From Verrucomicrobiota bacterium (GTDB lineage Bacteria; Verrucomicrobiota; Verrucomicrobiia; Limisphaerales; UBA9464): a stretch of 64,000 nt of DNA. The notes under the pieces were generated by a model. It had not been told where the DNA came from. It did no database searches and saw only the letters and a program-made list of their open reading frames with translations. Made by a program: the position numbers and the translations under genes. Positions 35,901-44,122 of the stretch are shown one piece after another. How positions within the stretch are numbered: the stretch's first letter is position 1; the number at the start of each line of letters is the position of its first letter. The stretch is taken from positions 7,749 to 71,748 of the forward strand of contig JANYDN010000177.1 of assembly GCA_025363585.1 (NCBI GenBank), in the 5' to 3' direction.

Positions 35901-36622
35901 TTGAACCGCAACCCGAAACCACGCGCCAGTTCCTCCGCCTTGAACCCGTCCGCCACCCGCGGCGACGAGGCCAACGACGTTGGTTTGCGGGGCTGCGCCT
36001 TGCCGGGGACGAATCGCCACAGGCTCGGGATGTCCGTCAACCACACCTTGCCGTCGCGCGCCAGCACGCCGGACGCTATGCCGTCGAGCGGCGACGAAAG
36101 GTTGTCCGCGAAGACCGTGGATTTGTCCGCCTCGCCGTCGTGGTCCGTGTCCTCGATCAACCGGATCACCTCGGTTTCCCGCGCCAGCGCTTGCTCGCCC
36201 TCCGGCCCGAACCATTTCCGGATCAGCGCGAGCCGGTCGTTGATCGTGCGCGCCGCCAGATCGTCCTCCAGGAAAAACATGTAGTGCCGGATGTCGAGGA
36301 CGCTCGTGCGGTACCGGTACGTCTCGCAGGTGAAAACCCGGCCGTGCTCGTCGATGGAGAACGCGACCGGATTCGCAAGCATCGGTTCCTCCGCCCACAG
36401 CTCGACCTTCATCCCGGGCATCGTCTTGAATTGCCGGATGCGCGCCTGTCCCTCGCGGCTCGTCGGCGCGAGCACCGGCGAGATCGACCGGTCGTCCTTC
36501 ACCAATTGGCGGAATCCCGGGGCGTCGGCGGCCGCGGCGTCTTTCGGTTTGTCGATGTCGGCGGCGAGCACGGCGGGACCCGCGGCAAGCAGGCCTGCGA
36601 GGAAGGGTCGGGCGAACGGCAT
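32990..36622 (-). CDS. PVC-type haem-binding protein: beta-propeller dehydrogenase-like domain + HEAT repeats + C-terminal cytochrome c (CxxCH)
   Basis: Start MPFARPFLAGLLAAGPAVLA. Propeller-like N-terminal half (DGRLYFSCGDRG, GDNDSDQGD). HEAT-like middle. C-terminal GRKIFYENASVACTRCHQIGTDGGGNAGPSL...REKGLSGMPDGLGQLITRQELRDVIEFL. Confidence 0.85.
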   Translation of the reverse strand: MPFARPFLAGLLAAGPAVLAADIDKPKDAAAADAPGFRQLVKDDRSISPVLAPTSREGQARIRQFKTMPGMKVELWAEEPMLANPVAFSIDEHGRVFTCETYRYRTSVLDIRHYMFFLEDDLAARTINDRLALIRKWFGPEGEQALARETEVIRLIEDTDHDGEADKSTVFADNLSSPLDGIASGVLARDGKVWLTDIPSLWRFVPGKAQPRKPTSLASSPRVADGFKAEELARGFGLRFNFTGHDLHGLKFGPDGRLYFSCGDRGVHVATREGTVVDVPDEGAVFRCEPDGSGLEIVHRGLRNPQELAFNELGDWFTGDNDSDQGDRERWVQIVDGADSGWRVGYQHAPLGNAGPWNMERLWVPRFDGQAAYLLPPVANIGDGPSGLVYDYGTGLDERSRQRFFLAYFKGTSAKSGIGSIAVRPAGSGYEMFAHDEFLWNTLVPDVDIGPDGALWFADWHEGWPKSNKGRIYRATFPDNKDPVIAETRRLIDEGMAARPEDELMRLFAHRDLRVRLAAQYELANRLRVNRGAKGGAYPVADIERRLGRMAQDGPNEFARIHAVWCLGMEGRSSQWRPALLSVLRPEHGETAVQAARAIAWWAGESRARDARLANPDHSAPWNRFLNEALGELLAGGNPRQRAAAAEALGLAGWKGFDAALREAVSSHPVDADPVWRSVAATALSRHPAAKDLSAWTASTNRSVRLTALLSLRRTGSESVRALLDDPDPWLVLEAARAINDTPIPGALPALANMADAARLPSLLKQFAALATTNTGAYEVAAGTIRDLRAAQPLPWTNAPLDQLSPMLLRVVNANFRVGDAESAARLATLATRADLPESIRADALNALSQWAKPPARDHVVGVYRPLPARDPLPARDALAGILPAVLDATATRAGGPAAIAAIGASARLALTNSGPVLAGVVRDTNNAVPARAAALQSLADVNAAETADLLKVASADPADTLRLVASRINARLNPGDAAGQLAATLVSGTLAEQQSAFASLGDLKSEAADAILAEWLDKLMNRAVANEVMLDLVEAAGKRTSDAVKSRLATYQDWKLPKDELTPYREALAGGDAARGRKIFYENASVACTRCHQIGTDGGGNAGPSLVGIATRQPREYLLESVVLPNKQVAAGFETSMITLNNGQGLAGVVKSETDAEIVLLSPEDGEVHLKKGDVKTREKGLSGMPDGLGQLITRQELRDVIEFLGTLK

Positions 36623-36796
36623 GGTGGGAACCCTGCACGAATGGCCCGTCGCAACCAAGCGGGCATTGGCAGGGATCCCTTCCCCTCAAGGCCGAGCCGC
36701 GTGCCCGGGGCGGGGTTTCTTTCCTTAACCGAAAGATAAGGTCGCCCGCCTGCGTTTGACCCCCCGACGGATCCCGGGTACGCAACCCGCCCCCCA

Positions 36797-39064
36797 ATGA
36801 ACCCGACAGACGACGGCAAAACCAATTCCCCCACCTACCTCGTCACCGTTTGGTGGAAAACCCTGCGCGTTGCCTACCGGGTCATCGAACCGGCCCGCGC
36901 GAGCTTTTTGGCGTCGGCCTTGGTGCCCATCCTGTTTTGCGTCGTTCTACAGGGACAGGAACTCCTTCGCCGGACCGTTTCGCCGCCCGACGAGACGTGG
37001 ACGCGCAGCTTCCTTCTTTTCGGTGCCCTGTTCCTTGCAGGCGGCACCAGTTGGGCCTGGGCGCGCTTCCTCCTGAATTGCGACTTCGGGACCACCGAGA
37101 CGGATCCGGCATCCGCGGCGAAAGCCGACCGGCTCCGGATGGTGATGCGCCGGACCTGCGGGGTGATCCCTCCCATCGGTTTGTCGGTTGCCTTCCTCTT
37201 TCTGGGCCCGGGCGACCGTCCCCCGTGGAAATTTGGGATCGGGGGCACCTCGGGACTTCTCATCGTGTTCGTCCTGGTGGTCGACACCTGGATCCGGAAT
37301 CGCCGCGGCATCGCGGACGGGGACGCGCCGGTCCGCAAGTCCGTCCCGCTCGCGATTCTGGTGAGCATCGTGATCACGGCGTCGATGGACCCGGGAGCGA
37401 CCGGCTGGCACGCGGCCATATCGACGTGGATCGCCGGCATCCTGTGGACGAGCTTCGAATTCTACCATCGGATCGACCGGAACCTTCGCGCTGCCGGGTC
37501 CCAGGCGCGCGTCTCGTCGGTCCTGGCGGATACCGTGGAGAATCGGTTCGCCCGGCGATGGATCGTGGGGTCCGTCGTCGTGTCGGTGGCGGTCTTCGTG
37601 GCGTTGACGTGCGCGCCGGTCGTCCTGGGCGGGCTGTTGGGTTCGCCCGCGATCGTCCTCGTGGCGATCGCCATCTGGATCTCACTCGGGAGCGTCCTGA
37701 TCTACTGGGGGCACCGCTACAGCGTGCCGATCTTCACGATGCTCGCGGGGTTGGTCATCGCGTCCGGTTACTTCAACGACAACCACACGATCCGCGTGCT
37801 GGGACCGGAGCGAATGGCCGGTGTCACCCACCGACTCGACATCGCTGAGGCGCTCAAGGAGTGGAAAGCGCGCGTCGAAAAAAAGTATCCGATGACGAAC
37901 GAGCACCGCCCGCTCTACCTCGTGGCATCGGCCGGCGGCGGGATTCGCGCGGCGTACTGGACCGCCATCGTGCTGGGAAGGATCGAGGACGAGGCGCGGA
38001 CGAACGGGACGAGCTTCGCGGACCATTGCTTCGCGATGAGCGGCGTCTCCGGCGGCTCGCTCGGCGAATTGACGTTTGCGGCCCTGCTGGCGCATCCGCC
38101 CCTCCATGGACGATCGTTTTTCGAAGCCTCGAAAACGCTGCTCCAGGAGGACTTCCTTTCGGCGGATCTCTCGCGGATGGCGTACGGCGACATGCTCCAG
38201 CGCGCGATCCCGGTGCCGTTCGAAAGCCTCGACCGCGCGCGGGCGCTGGAGGACGCGTGGGCCCGACCCTGGAATGCCGTCGTCGGAACCAACGCATTCG
38301 ACCATAGCATCGAGGAACTGTATCGCGATGGCGCGGACCGGAATCGGATCATGCCGCACCTGTTGTTGAACGGGACTTCCGTGGAGACGGGCGGACGGAT
38401 CCTGACCAGCGACCTCGAGATCGTTCCCAAGAGCCCGTTCGACCCCAGCAAGATCCCGAGCGGCGATTTCATCGACGTGATCCCGGCCTCTCTGAAGCTC
38501 TCCAACGCGCCGATCCGGCTGAGCACGGCCGCGCACCAAAGCGCGCGGTTCACGTACTTCAGCCCGGCGGGACGGTTTCCCAAGAGCGACTCGCGGATCG
38601 TCGACGGCGGGTACTTCGAGAACTCGGGCGCTGCGACCGCGGCCGAGGTCGTGGCCATCATCGAGACTATGGGTTGGACCAACGTCGACGTGCACTGGAT
38701 CCTGATCGACAACGAACCGATCGATCTCGGCGAGAACCCGAAGCCGCCGGGCCGTGTGCCGCGGGGAGGTTTTCTCGACGAGACACTCGCGCCGGTCCAG
38801 GCCCTGCTGAAGACCCGCGACGCCCACGGCCGGTTTTCCTTCGCCTGGGTGGAGACGGAAGCGCCGGATTCCGTCGACGAATTCCGGCTGTACCGACGCC
38901 CTGGAACCAACGTGGTCCTCCCGTTGGGCTGGACCCTTTCCCTGCGGGCGATGGACGAGATGGTGCTGCAATTGACCGAGCCGTTCGCCGAGATCGACCA
39001 TCCGGCGGCGGTGTCGAAAATCGTGAAGTCGTTGCCGCTGCCGGCAGAGCCGGCGATTCGCTGA
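36797..39064 (+). CDS. Polytopic membrane domain (~8-9 TM, ~350 aa) fused to a patatin-like phospholipase domain
   Basis: The C-terminal half has the three patatin motifs in order: LVASAGGGIRAAYW (oxyanion G-G-G-x-R), FAMSGVSGGSLG (G-x-S-x-G), and RIVDGGYFENSG (D-G-G). The N-terminal half has many long hydrophobic segments. Confidence 0.8.
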   Translation: MNPTDDGKTNSPTYLVTVWWKTLRVAYRVIEPARASFLASALVPILFCVVLQGQELLRRTVSPPDETWTRSFLLFGALFLAGGTSWAWARFLLNCDFGTTETDPASAAKADRLRMVMRRTCGVIPPIGLSVAFLFLGPGDRPPWKFGIGGTSGLLIVFVLVVDTWIRNRRGIADGDAPVRKSVPLAILVSIVITASMDPGATGWHAAISTWIAGILWTSFEFYHRIDRNLRAAGSQARVSSVLADTVENRFARRWIVGSVVVSVAVFVALTCAPVVLGGLLGSPAIVLVAIAIWISLGSVLIYWGHRYSVPIFTMLAGLVIASGYFNDNHTIRVLGPERMAGVTHRLDIAEALKEWKARVEKKYPMTNEHRPLYLVASAGGGIRAAYWTAIVLGRIEDEARTNGTSFADHCFAMSGVSGGSLGELTFAALLAHPPLHGRSFFEASKTLLQEDFLSADLSRMAYGDMLQRAIPVPFESLDRARALEDAWARPWNAVVGTNAFDHSIEELYRDGADRNRIMPHLLLNGTSVETGGRILTSDLEIVPKSPFDPSKIPSGDFIDVIPASLKLSNAPIRLSTAAHQSARFTYFSPAGRFPKSDSRIVDGGYFENSGAATAAEVVAIIETMGWTNVDVHWILIDNEPIDLGENPKPPGRVPRGGFLDETLAPVQALLKTRDAHGRFSFAWVETEAPDSVDEFRLYRRPGTNVVLPLGWTLSLRAMDEMVLQLTEPFAEIDHPAAVSKIVKSLPLPAEPAIR

Positions 39065-39065
39065 G

Positions 39066-41876
39066 GTGGTGTCCCCGTCGGCGTTGGATGGAGACGGGAC
39101 TCGTGCGCGATGCCGGACGCTTGGATTCGTCCTAACATACGCCGTTTTCCGCCTAGGCCGCAGGCCGGGTCGCGGCCATATTCGCTCCAACGTGTCCCCC
39201 GCTCGAAAGTCACCCGTGGCCCTCGCCTGCATCCGCCGTCGCGCGGTGACGGTGTGGCTGGGTGTCGCCGTGATCGCGACGCGGCTCGCCGCGTTCGAGG
39301 GCACGACGGTCCTTCATTCGGGCCCCGACAGGATCGACCTCGCCGGCGCGTCGGATTCGTCGGGCATCGTCGCGTGGACCAGGATGGGGATAAATCCATC
39401 CATCGACCGTACGCTGTCGGTGCGATTGGTGACTTCGGATGCGTCCGTCTTCTCGGTGGGTCCGGACCGGCGGATCAGACCGGTGGGCGACGGGACGGCC
39501 GAACTGAGGGTGATCGACGACGGGGACGGGGAACTCCTGACGAATCGAATCCCCGTCGCGGTCCGTGGCGCGCGGGTGCAGTCGCCGCCCGATTTCCGTC
39601 GCGAGATCGAGCCGTTGCTGACGCGCCAAGGCTGCAACCAAGGCGGGTGCCACGGGAAAATGGCGGGCCAGAACGGATTCCGCCTCAGCCTTCGCGGCTA
39701 CGCGCCGGAGCTCGACCACGCCTGGATCACGCAGGAACTCGGCGGGCGCCGGATCAATCCCGCCGTGCCGGGCGAATCCCTTCTGGTGACGAAGCCGTTG
39801 GGAATCGTGCCGCACGAGGGACTGGTGCGCTTCGCGGAGGACTCGCGGTACCACCGGACCCTGGTGGACTGGGTCGCGGCGCGCGCCCCGGGACCGGGAG
39901 ACGAAGCGGACGCGGCGGCGGTCGCGCTCGAGGTCTATCCGGGCGAGCGGACGTGGCAGGTGGGCTCGACGCAGCAATTGCTGGTGCGGGCGCGTTGGGC
40001 GGACGGGCACGCGCGGGACGTGACGTGGCTCGCGCAATTCTTCTCGAATGACGTCGTGACCGCGACCGTGACGCCGGACGGGCAGGTGAAGACGCTGCGT
40101 CCCGGCGAAACGTCGGTGCGCGCGCACTATCAGGGATTGGTGGCGGTGATCCGCGTGACGGTCCCGTTCGTGCGCGAGATCGAGCCGTGGCGGTTCGCGA
40201 AACGGCAGAACGCGGTGGATGACGCGGTGTTCGCCAAGCTCGCGGCCCTGCGGATCCCGCCGTCCCCGCGTTGCGACGACGCGACGTTCCTGCGGCGCGC
40301 GATGCTGGACGTGCTGGGCGTGCTGCCGACCGTCGCCGAGGCGCGGCAATTCGCGGAGGATGCCACGCCGGACAAGCGGGCGAAGTTGGTGGACGCGCTG
40401 TTGGACCGGCCTGAATTCGCGGACTACTGGACGCTGCAGTTGGCGGATCTTTTCCAGAACCGCAAGGAACGCGACCACGACGTCCGCGGGACCAAGGGCG
40501 TGCGCGGCTTCCACGCGTGGCTCCACGACCAAGTCGCGGCGAACACGCCGTGGGACGTCCTCGCGCGGCGCGTGCTCACCGCGCGCGGCGACGTGCAGGC
40601 GGTGCCGGAGGCCGGATACTTCGTGACGCTGGTCGGGGAGAAGCCGCCGGTCGAATCCGAGGCCACCGACGCGGTCGCGCAGGGGTTTCTCGGCACGCGG
40701 ATCGGCTGCGCGCGTTGCCACAACCACCCGCTCGAGCGCTACACGCAGGATGATTTCTACCGCTTCGCCGCGTTCTTCAGCCGGATGCATCTCGACCGGA
40801 AGGAGCCGGCGGCGGGCACGACCGAGTTGGTGGCGTTCAACAAGGAGCATTGGGAAAAATCACGCCGCCTCGCCGAACTCGGCGCCAAGCTCGACGAGAC
40901 GAGGGCGTCCGCGTTGTCGGGAACGGCGGCGGATCCGGCGAAGGCGAGGGGCGAAGCCGAGGAGAAGCGGCGCGAGTTCGCGAAGGTGAAGCGCGAGATG
41001 GAGGAGTCGGACGCAAGCAAGCCCGAGGCGTGGCAACCGCGCCTGCGACGCAACCTCGACGCGCGCACGTTCGATCGCCAGCCGTTGGAATGGACGCCCG
41101 GGGAGGATCCGCGCGAACGACTCGCGTCGTGGATCACGTCGACGAACAACCCGTATTTCCGCGGTGCGCTGGTGAACCGCCTGTGGCGGCATTTCATGGG
41201 CGTCGGGATGGTCGAGCCCGTCGACGACCTCCGCGCGAGCAACCCGCCGTCCAACCAGGAACTCTGGGATCTCCTCGGCCGCGAGTTGGTGTCGCACGGC
41301 CACGACTGGAAGCACGTGATGCGGTTGATCCTGAACTCGCGGACGTACCAACTGTCGTCGGCGACGACGAAGGGAAACGAGGACGACCGTCGGTTCCACT
41401 CGCACTACTTCGCGCGGCGTTTGCCGGCGGAGGTCCTGGCGGACGCGATCGCGCGCGCGACGGACATTCCGGATCGGTTCGAGGGTTACCCGGTGGGATT
41501 GCGTTCCGTGCAATTGCCGGAACCGCAGGTGAAGAGCTATTTCCTCGGGCTCTTCGGGCGGAGCGAGCGCGTGACGGCGTGCGCGTGCGAGCGCAACGGC
41601 GAGGTCACGCTCCCGCAATTGCTCTACCTGCAGAACGGCGCCGACGTCGCGCGCAAGGTCGCCGACGGGGAGGGTCGCCTGCGCCGGTTGCTCCGCGCGA
41701 AACGACCGACCGAGGCGGTCGTCGGGGAGATGTATCTTTGCACGCTGTCGCGGATGCCGACGCCCGCGGAACGCGCGGCGATCGACGGCGCGATCGCGGG
41801 AGCGAAGCCGGAAGAGGCGCTGGACGATCTTTTCTGGGCGTTGCTCAACACCAAGGAATTCGCCTTCAACCACTGA
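39066..41876 (+). CDS. DUF1549 (PSCyt2) + Big_2-like + DUF1553 (PSD1) protein
   Basis: REIEPLLTRQGCNQGGCHGKMAGQNGFRLSL, VDDAVFAKLAALRIPPS, RIGCARCHNHPLERYTQDDFY, and the C-terminal LLNTKEFAFNH. Start is uncertain (in-frame GTG at 39066 or 39216). Confidence 0.85.
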   Translation: MVSPSALDGDGTRARCRTLGFVLTYAVFRLGRRPGRGHIRSNVSPARKSPVALACIRRRAVTVWLGVAVIATRLAAFEGTTVLHSGPDRIDLAGASDSSGIVAWTRMGINPSIDRTLSVRLVTSDASVFSVGPDRRIRPVGDGTAELRVIDDGDGELLTNRIPVAVRGARVQSPPDFRREIEPLLTRQGCNQGGCHGKMAGQNGFRLSLRGYAPELDHAWITQELGGRRINPAVPGESLLVTKPLGIVPHEGLVRFAEDSRYHRTLVDWVAARAPGPGDEADAAAVALEVYPGERTWQVGSTQQLLVRARWADGHARDVTWLAQFFSNDVVTATVTPDGQVKTLRPGETSVRAHYQGLVAVIRVTVPFVREIEPWRFAKRQNAVDDAVFAKLAALRIPPSPRCDDATFLRRAMLDVLGVLPTVAEARQFAEDATPDKRAKLVDALLDRPEFADYWTLQLADLFQNRKERDHDVRGTKGVRGFHAWLHDQVAANTPWDVLARRVLTARGDVQAVPEAGYFVTLVGEKPPVESEATDAVAQGFLGTRIGCARCHNHPLERYTQDDFYRFAAFFSRMHLDRKEPAAGTTELVAFNKEHWEKSRRLAELGAKLDETRASALSGTAADPAKARGEAEEKRREFAKVKREMEESDASKPEAWQPRLRRNLDARTFDRQPLEWTPGEDPRERLASWITSTNNPYFRGALVNRLWRHFMGVGMVEPVDDLRASNPPSNQELWDLLGRELVSHGHDWKHVMRLILNSRTYQLSSATTKGNEDDRRFHSHYFARRLPAEVLADAIARATDIPDRFEGYPVGLRSVQLPEPQVKSYFLGLFGRSERVTACACERNGEVTLPQLLYLQNGADVARKVADGEGRLRRLLRAKRPTEAVVGEMYLCTLSRMPTPAERAAIDGAIAGAKPEEALDDLFWALLNTKEFAFNH

Positions 41877-41906
41877 CGCGGCCCCGCCGCGCAAACCACA
41901 CCCGCC

Positions 41907-43250
41907 ATGCTCGACATTGCCCTCGGACGACTTGCCCGCACCCGGTGCGACGGCGTGACGCGTCGTGACTTCCTGCGCGTCGGCGCGCTCGCGCCGCTCG
42001 GACTCTCGCTGCCCGCGTTGCTGGCCGCGCAGTCGGCGTCGGCCGCGACGGCCGCGCCCTCGGTGCGTCGCGGTGCCCATGCGAAATCCGTCCTGCTCGT
42101 GTATCTCGGGGGCGGATTGTCCCATCACGATTCGTTCGACCCGAAGGCGGACGCCGTCTCGGAAATCCGCGGCAAGTACGGCGAGATCCGCACGGTGGTG
42201 CCGGGACTGCACGTCGGGGAGAAGCTGCCGCGGATGGCGCGGATGATGGACAAGGTGTGCCTCGTGCGTTCGGGCACCCACGAGAACGACCATCACGAGA
42301 CCGCGACGAACTGGGTGTTGAGCGGGCGGTTCGGCTCGCCGTTCGGCGACCATCCGTCGATCGGTTCGGTGGTGGCGCACGAGACCGGATTCGCCGGCCA
42401 ATTGCCGCCGTACGTCGCGGTGCCGAAGAACCCGTCGTTCACCTGGGAATTGGGTCGGAGCGCGTGGTTGGGCGGGCGTTACGAGTCCTTCAAGGCGGGC
42501 GACCCGAACGAGAAAGGCTGGCGTGTCCGCGATCTATCCCGCACGCAGCCGCTGCCCGAAGGTTCGGGGGAACGACGCCAGACATTGCTCAAGGCGGTCG
42601 ACAATCTGGCGGCCAAGGTCCACGGCAACGACCAGATCGCGACCTACGACGAGTTCTCGCGCAAGGCCACCGAGATGGTGCTGTCCACGTCGGCGCAGAA
42701 CGCGTTCGCGCTTGATCGCGAGACGGACTCCGTGCGCGACGAATACGGGCGCACCGAATTCGGCCAGTCGTGCCTGTTGGGGCGGCGCCTCGTCGAGGCG
42801 GGCGTCCGCTTCGTCACGGTCAACTACGGCGGTTGGGATCATCACGCGAAGATCTTCGAGGGCCTCGACAAAAAGTTGCCGGAGCTCGACCGCGGTTTGT
42901 CCGCGTTGGTCGCCGATCTCGACCGGCGCGGCCTTTTTTCGGAGACGCTGTTGTTGGTGATGGGCGAATTCGGCCGGACGCCGAAGATCAACAAGGACGC
43001 GGGCCGCGACCATTGGGGCCGCGCCGGTTCGCTCCTGTTCGCGGGCGCGGGCGTCCAGGGCGGGCGGGTCGTCGGGGCGACCGACAAGGACGGCGCGTTC
43101 GTCACTGATCGTCCCGTGCGACCGGCCGACGTCGCGTGGACCGTCTTCGAATCGCTCGGCATCGATCCCCGGAAAGTCCTGCACACGCCCGAGGGCCGGC
43201 CCGTGGAAATCCTCGACCAAGGCGGGATGATCTCCGAGTTGTTCGCGTGA
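41907..43250 (+). CDS. DUF1501 domain protein, Tat signal
   Basis: VTRRDFLRVGALAPLGLSLPALLA, SVLLVYLGGGLSHHDSFDPK, GGWDHH, GRDHWG. Confidence 0.85.
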   Translation: MLDIALGRLARTRCDGVTRRDFLRVGALAPLGLSLPALLAAQSASAATAAPSVRRGAHAKSVLLVYLGGGLSHHDSFDPKADAVSEIRGKYGEIRTVVPGLHVGEKLPRMARMMDKVCLVRSGTHENDHHETATNWVLSGRFGSPFGDHPSIGSVVAHETGFAGQLPPYVAVPKNPSFTWELGRSAWLGGRYESFKAGDPNEKGWRVRDLSRTQPLPEGSGERRQTLLKAVDNLAAKVHGNDQIATYDEFSRKATEMVLSTSAQNAFALDRETDSVRDEYGRTEFGQSCLLGRRLVEAGVRFVTVNYGGWDHHAKIFEGLDKKLPELDRGLSALVADLDRRGLFSETLLLVMGEFGRTPKINKDAGRDHWGRAGSLLFAGAGVQGGRVVGATDKDGAFVTDRPVRPADVAWTVFESLGIDPRKVLHTPEGRPVEILDQGGMISELFA

Positions 43251-43261
43251 GAGTCGACGCG

Positions 43262-44122
43262 ATGGGGCCCATTTTTCCGGGGCGGCGAAGCCCGACGCGA
43301 GCGTGCCCGGTCCGAAATGGATCCTTCGTGGCGGCCGGTGCCGTCGCGGGGATTCTGTTCGCTGCGCTTGCGTTGCCGGCGGCGGACGATGCGAAGGACG
43401 CGAAGGACGCGAAGGACGCGGCGAAGAAGAAACCCGATCCACCGCGCGTGCTCGTGGTCCAGCCGTTGGGCATCGAGGTCGGTACTTTGGCCAAACTGCG
43501 CGTGCGCGGGACGGCGTTGACGAACGCGACCTCGGTTCGGTTGACGGGACCCGGATCCAACGCGCCCGTCGTGCTCGGCGCGCGCGGCGACGCGGTGAAG
43601 ATCGAGGGCTTCGACGCGGCGCGGGTCGGTGACCAGCGGCTCGAGATCGAGTTCACCCTGCCCGTGGGAACGGACGCGGGAACGAACACGGCGTTGGTGG
43701 TCGAGGGTCCGAACGGCGCGTCGGCTTCGTTCCCGTTGGTCGTGCTGCCCGCGGGATGGGTCCTCGGGGAGAAGGAACCGAACAACGGTTTCCGCGAGGC
43801 GCCCGGTGCCAAACCGCCGGTCAATCTCCGTGGGGCGCTCGATAGTTCCGGCGACGTCGACGTGTTCCGCGTGGAGTTGGAGTCGGGTCAGACGCTGCAC
43901 GCCGAGGTGCTCGCGGCGCGGTTCGGGTCGACGCTCGACGCGATGCTGACGCTCTACACGGGCGACGGCGCGGTCGTGGCGTCGAACGACGACGCGTTCG
44001 GACGCGATCCGTCGATCGATCGCAAAGTGGCGGCGACGGGCGATTATTTCGTGGCGGTGAGCTACGCGAACGAGAAGGCGGCGGCCACGCACGAGTACGT
44101 GTTGCAACTGCGCGTGCGATGA
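43262..44122 (+). CDS. Secreted protein with a pre-peptidase C-terminal (PPC)-type domain
   Basis: Hydrophobic anchor/signal, (DAK)3 linker, then EKEPNNGFREAPGAKPPVNLRGALDSSGDVDVFRVELESGQTLHAEV...LYTGDGAVVASNDDAFGRDPSI (PPC pattern). Confidence 0.65.
   Translation: MGPIFPGRRSPTRACPVRNGSFVAAGAVAGILFAALALPAADDAKDAKDAKDAAKKKPDPPRVLVVQPLGIEVGTLAKLRVRGTALTNATSVRLTGPGSNAPVVLGARGDAVKIEGFDAARVGDQRLEIEFTLPVGTDAGTNTALVVEGPNGASASFPLVVLPAGWVLGEKEPNNGFREAPGAKPPVNLRGALDSSGDVDVFRVELESGQTLHAEVLAARFGSTLDAMLTLYTGDGAVVASNDDAFGRDPSIDRKVAATGDYFVAVSYANEKAAATHEYVLQLRVR

Noticed and set aside
33047-36739. Very long antisense/off-frame track ORFs, for example 33047..36739 (1230 aa), 17963..19915, 18334..20553, 8074..9258, 9218..10468, 3666..5483, 28996..31194, 1007..2365 and 39210..40850.
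   Set aside because: Their translations are monotonous R/G/P/A/D-rich strings with no motifs. They lie entirely opposite or out of frame to ORFs with clear domain signatures. This is the expected stop-codon-poor shadow frame pattern of high-GC DNA.
36797-39064. Patatin gene as the effector of a CBASS or other known multi-gene anti-phage system.
   Set aside because: No cyclase, CD-NTase, SAVED/STING, TIR or other sensor gene is adjacent, and the neighbours are PVC envelope or redox genes. The defence role is kept only as one hypothesis in the finding.
43388-43420. Tandem 9-nt repeat GCGAAGGAC x3.
   Set aside because: It lies in frame inside the PPC-domain CDS and encodes a (DAK)3 linker after the signal/anchor. 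It is coding low complexity rather than an independent repeat element.
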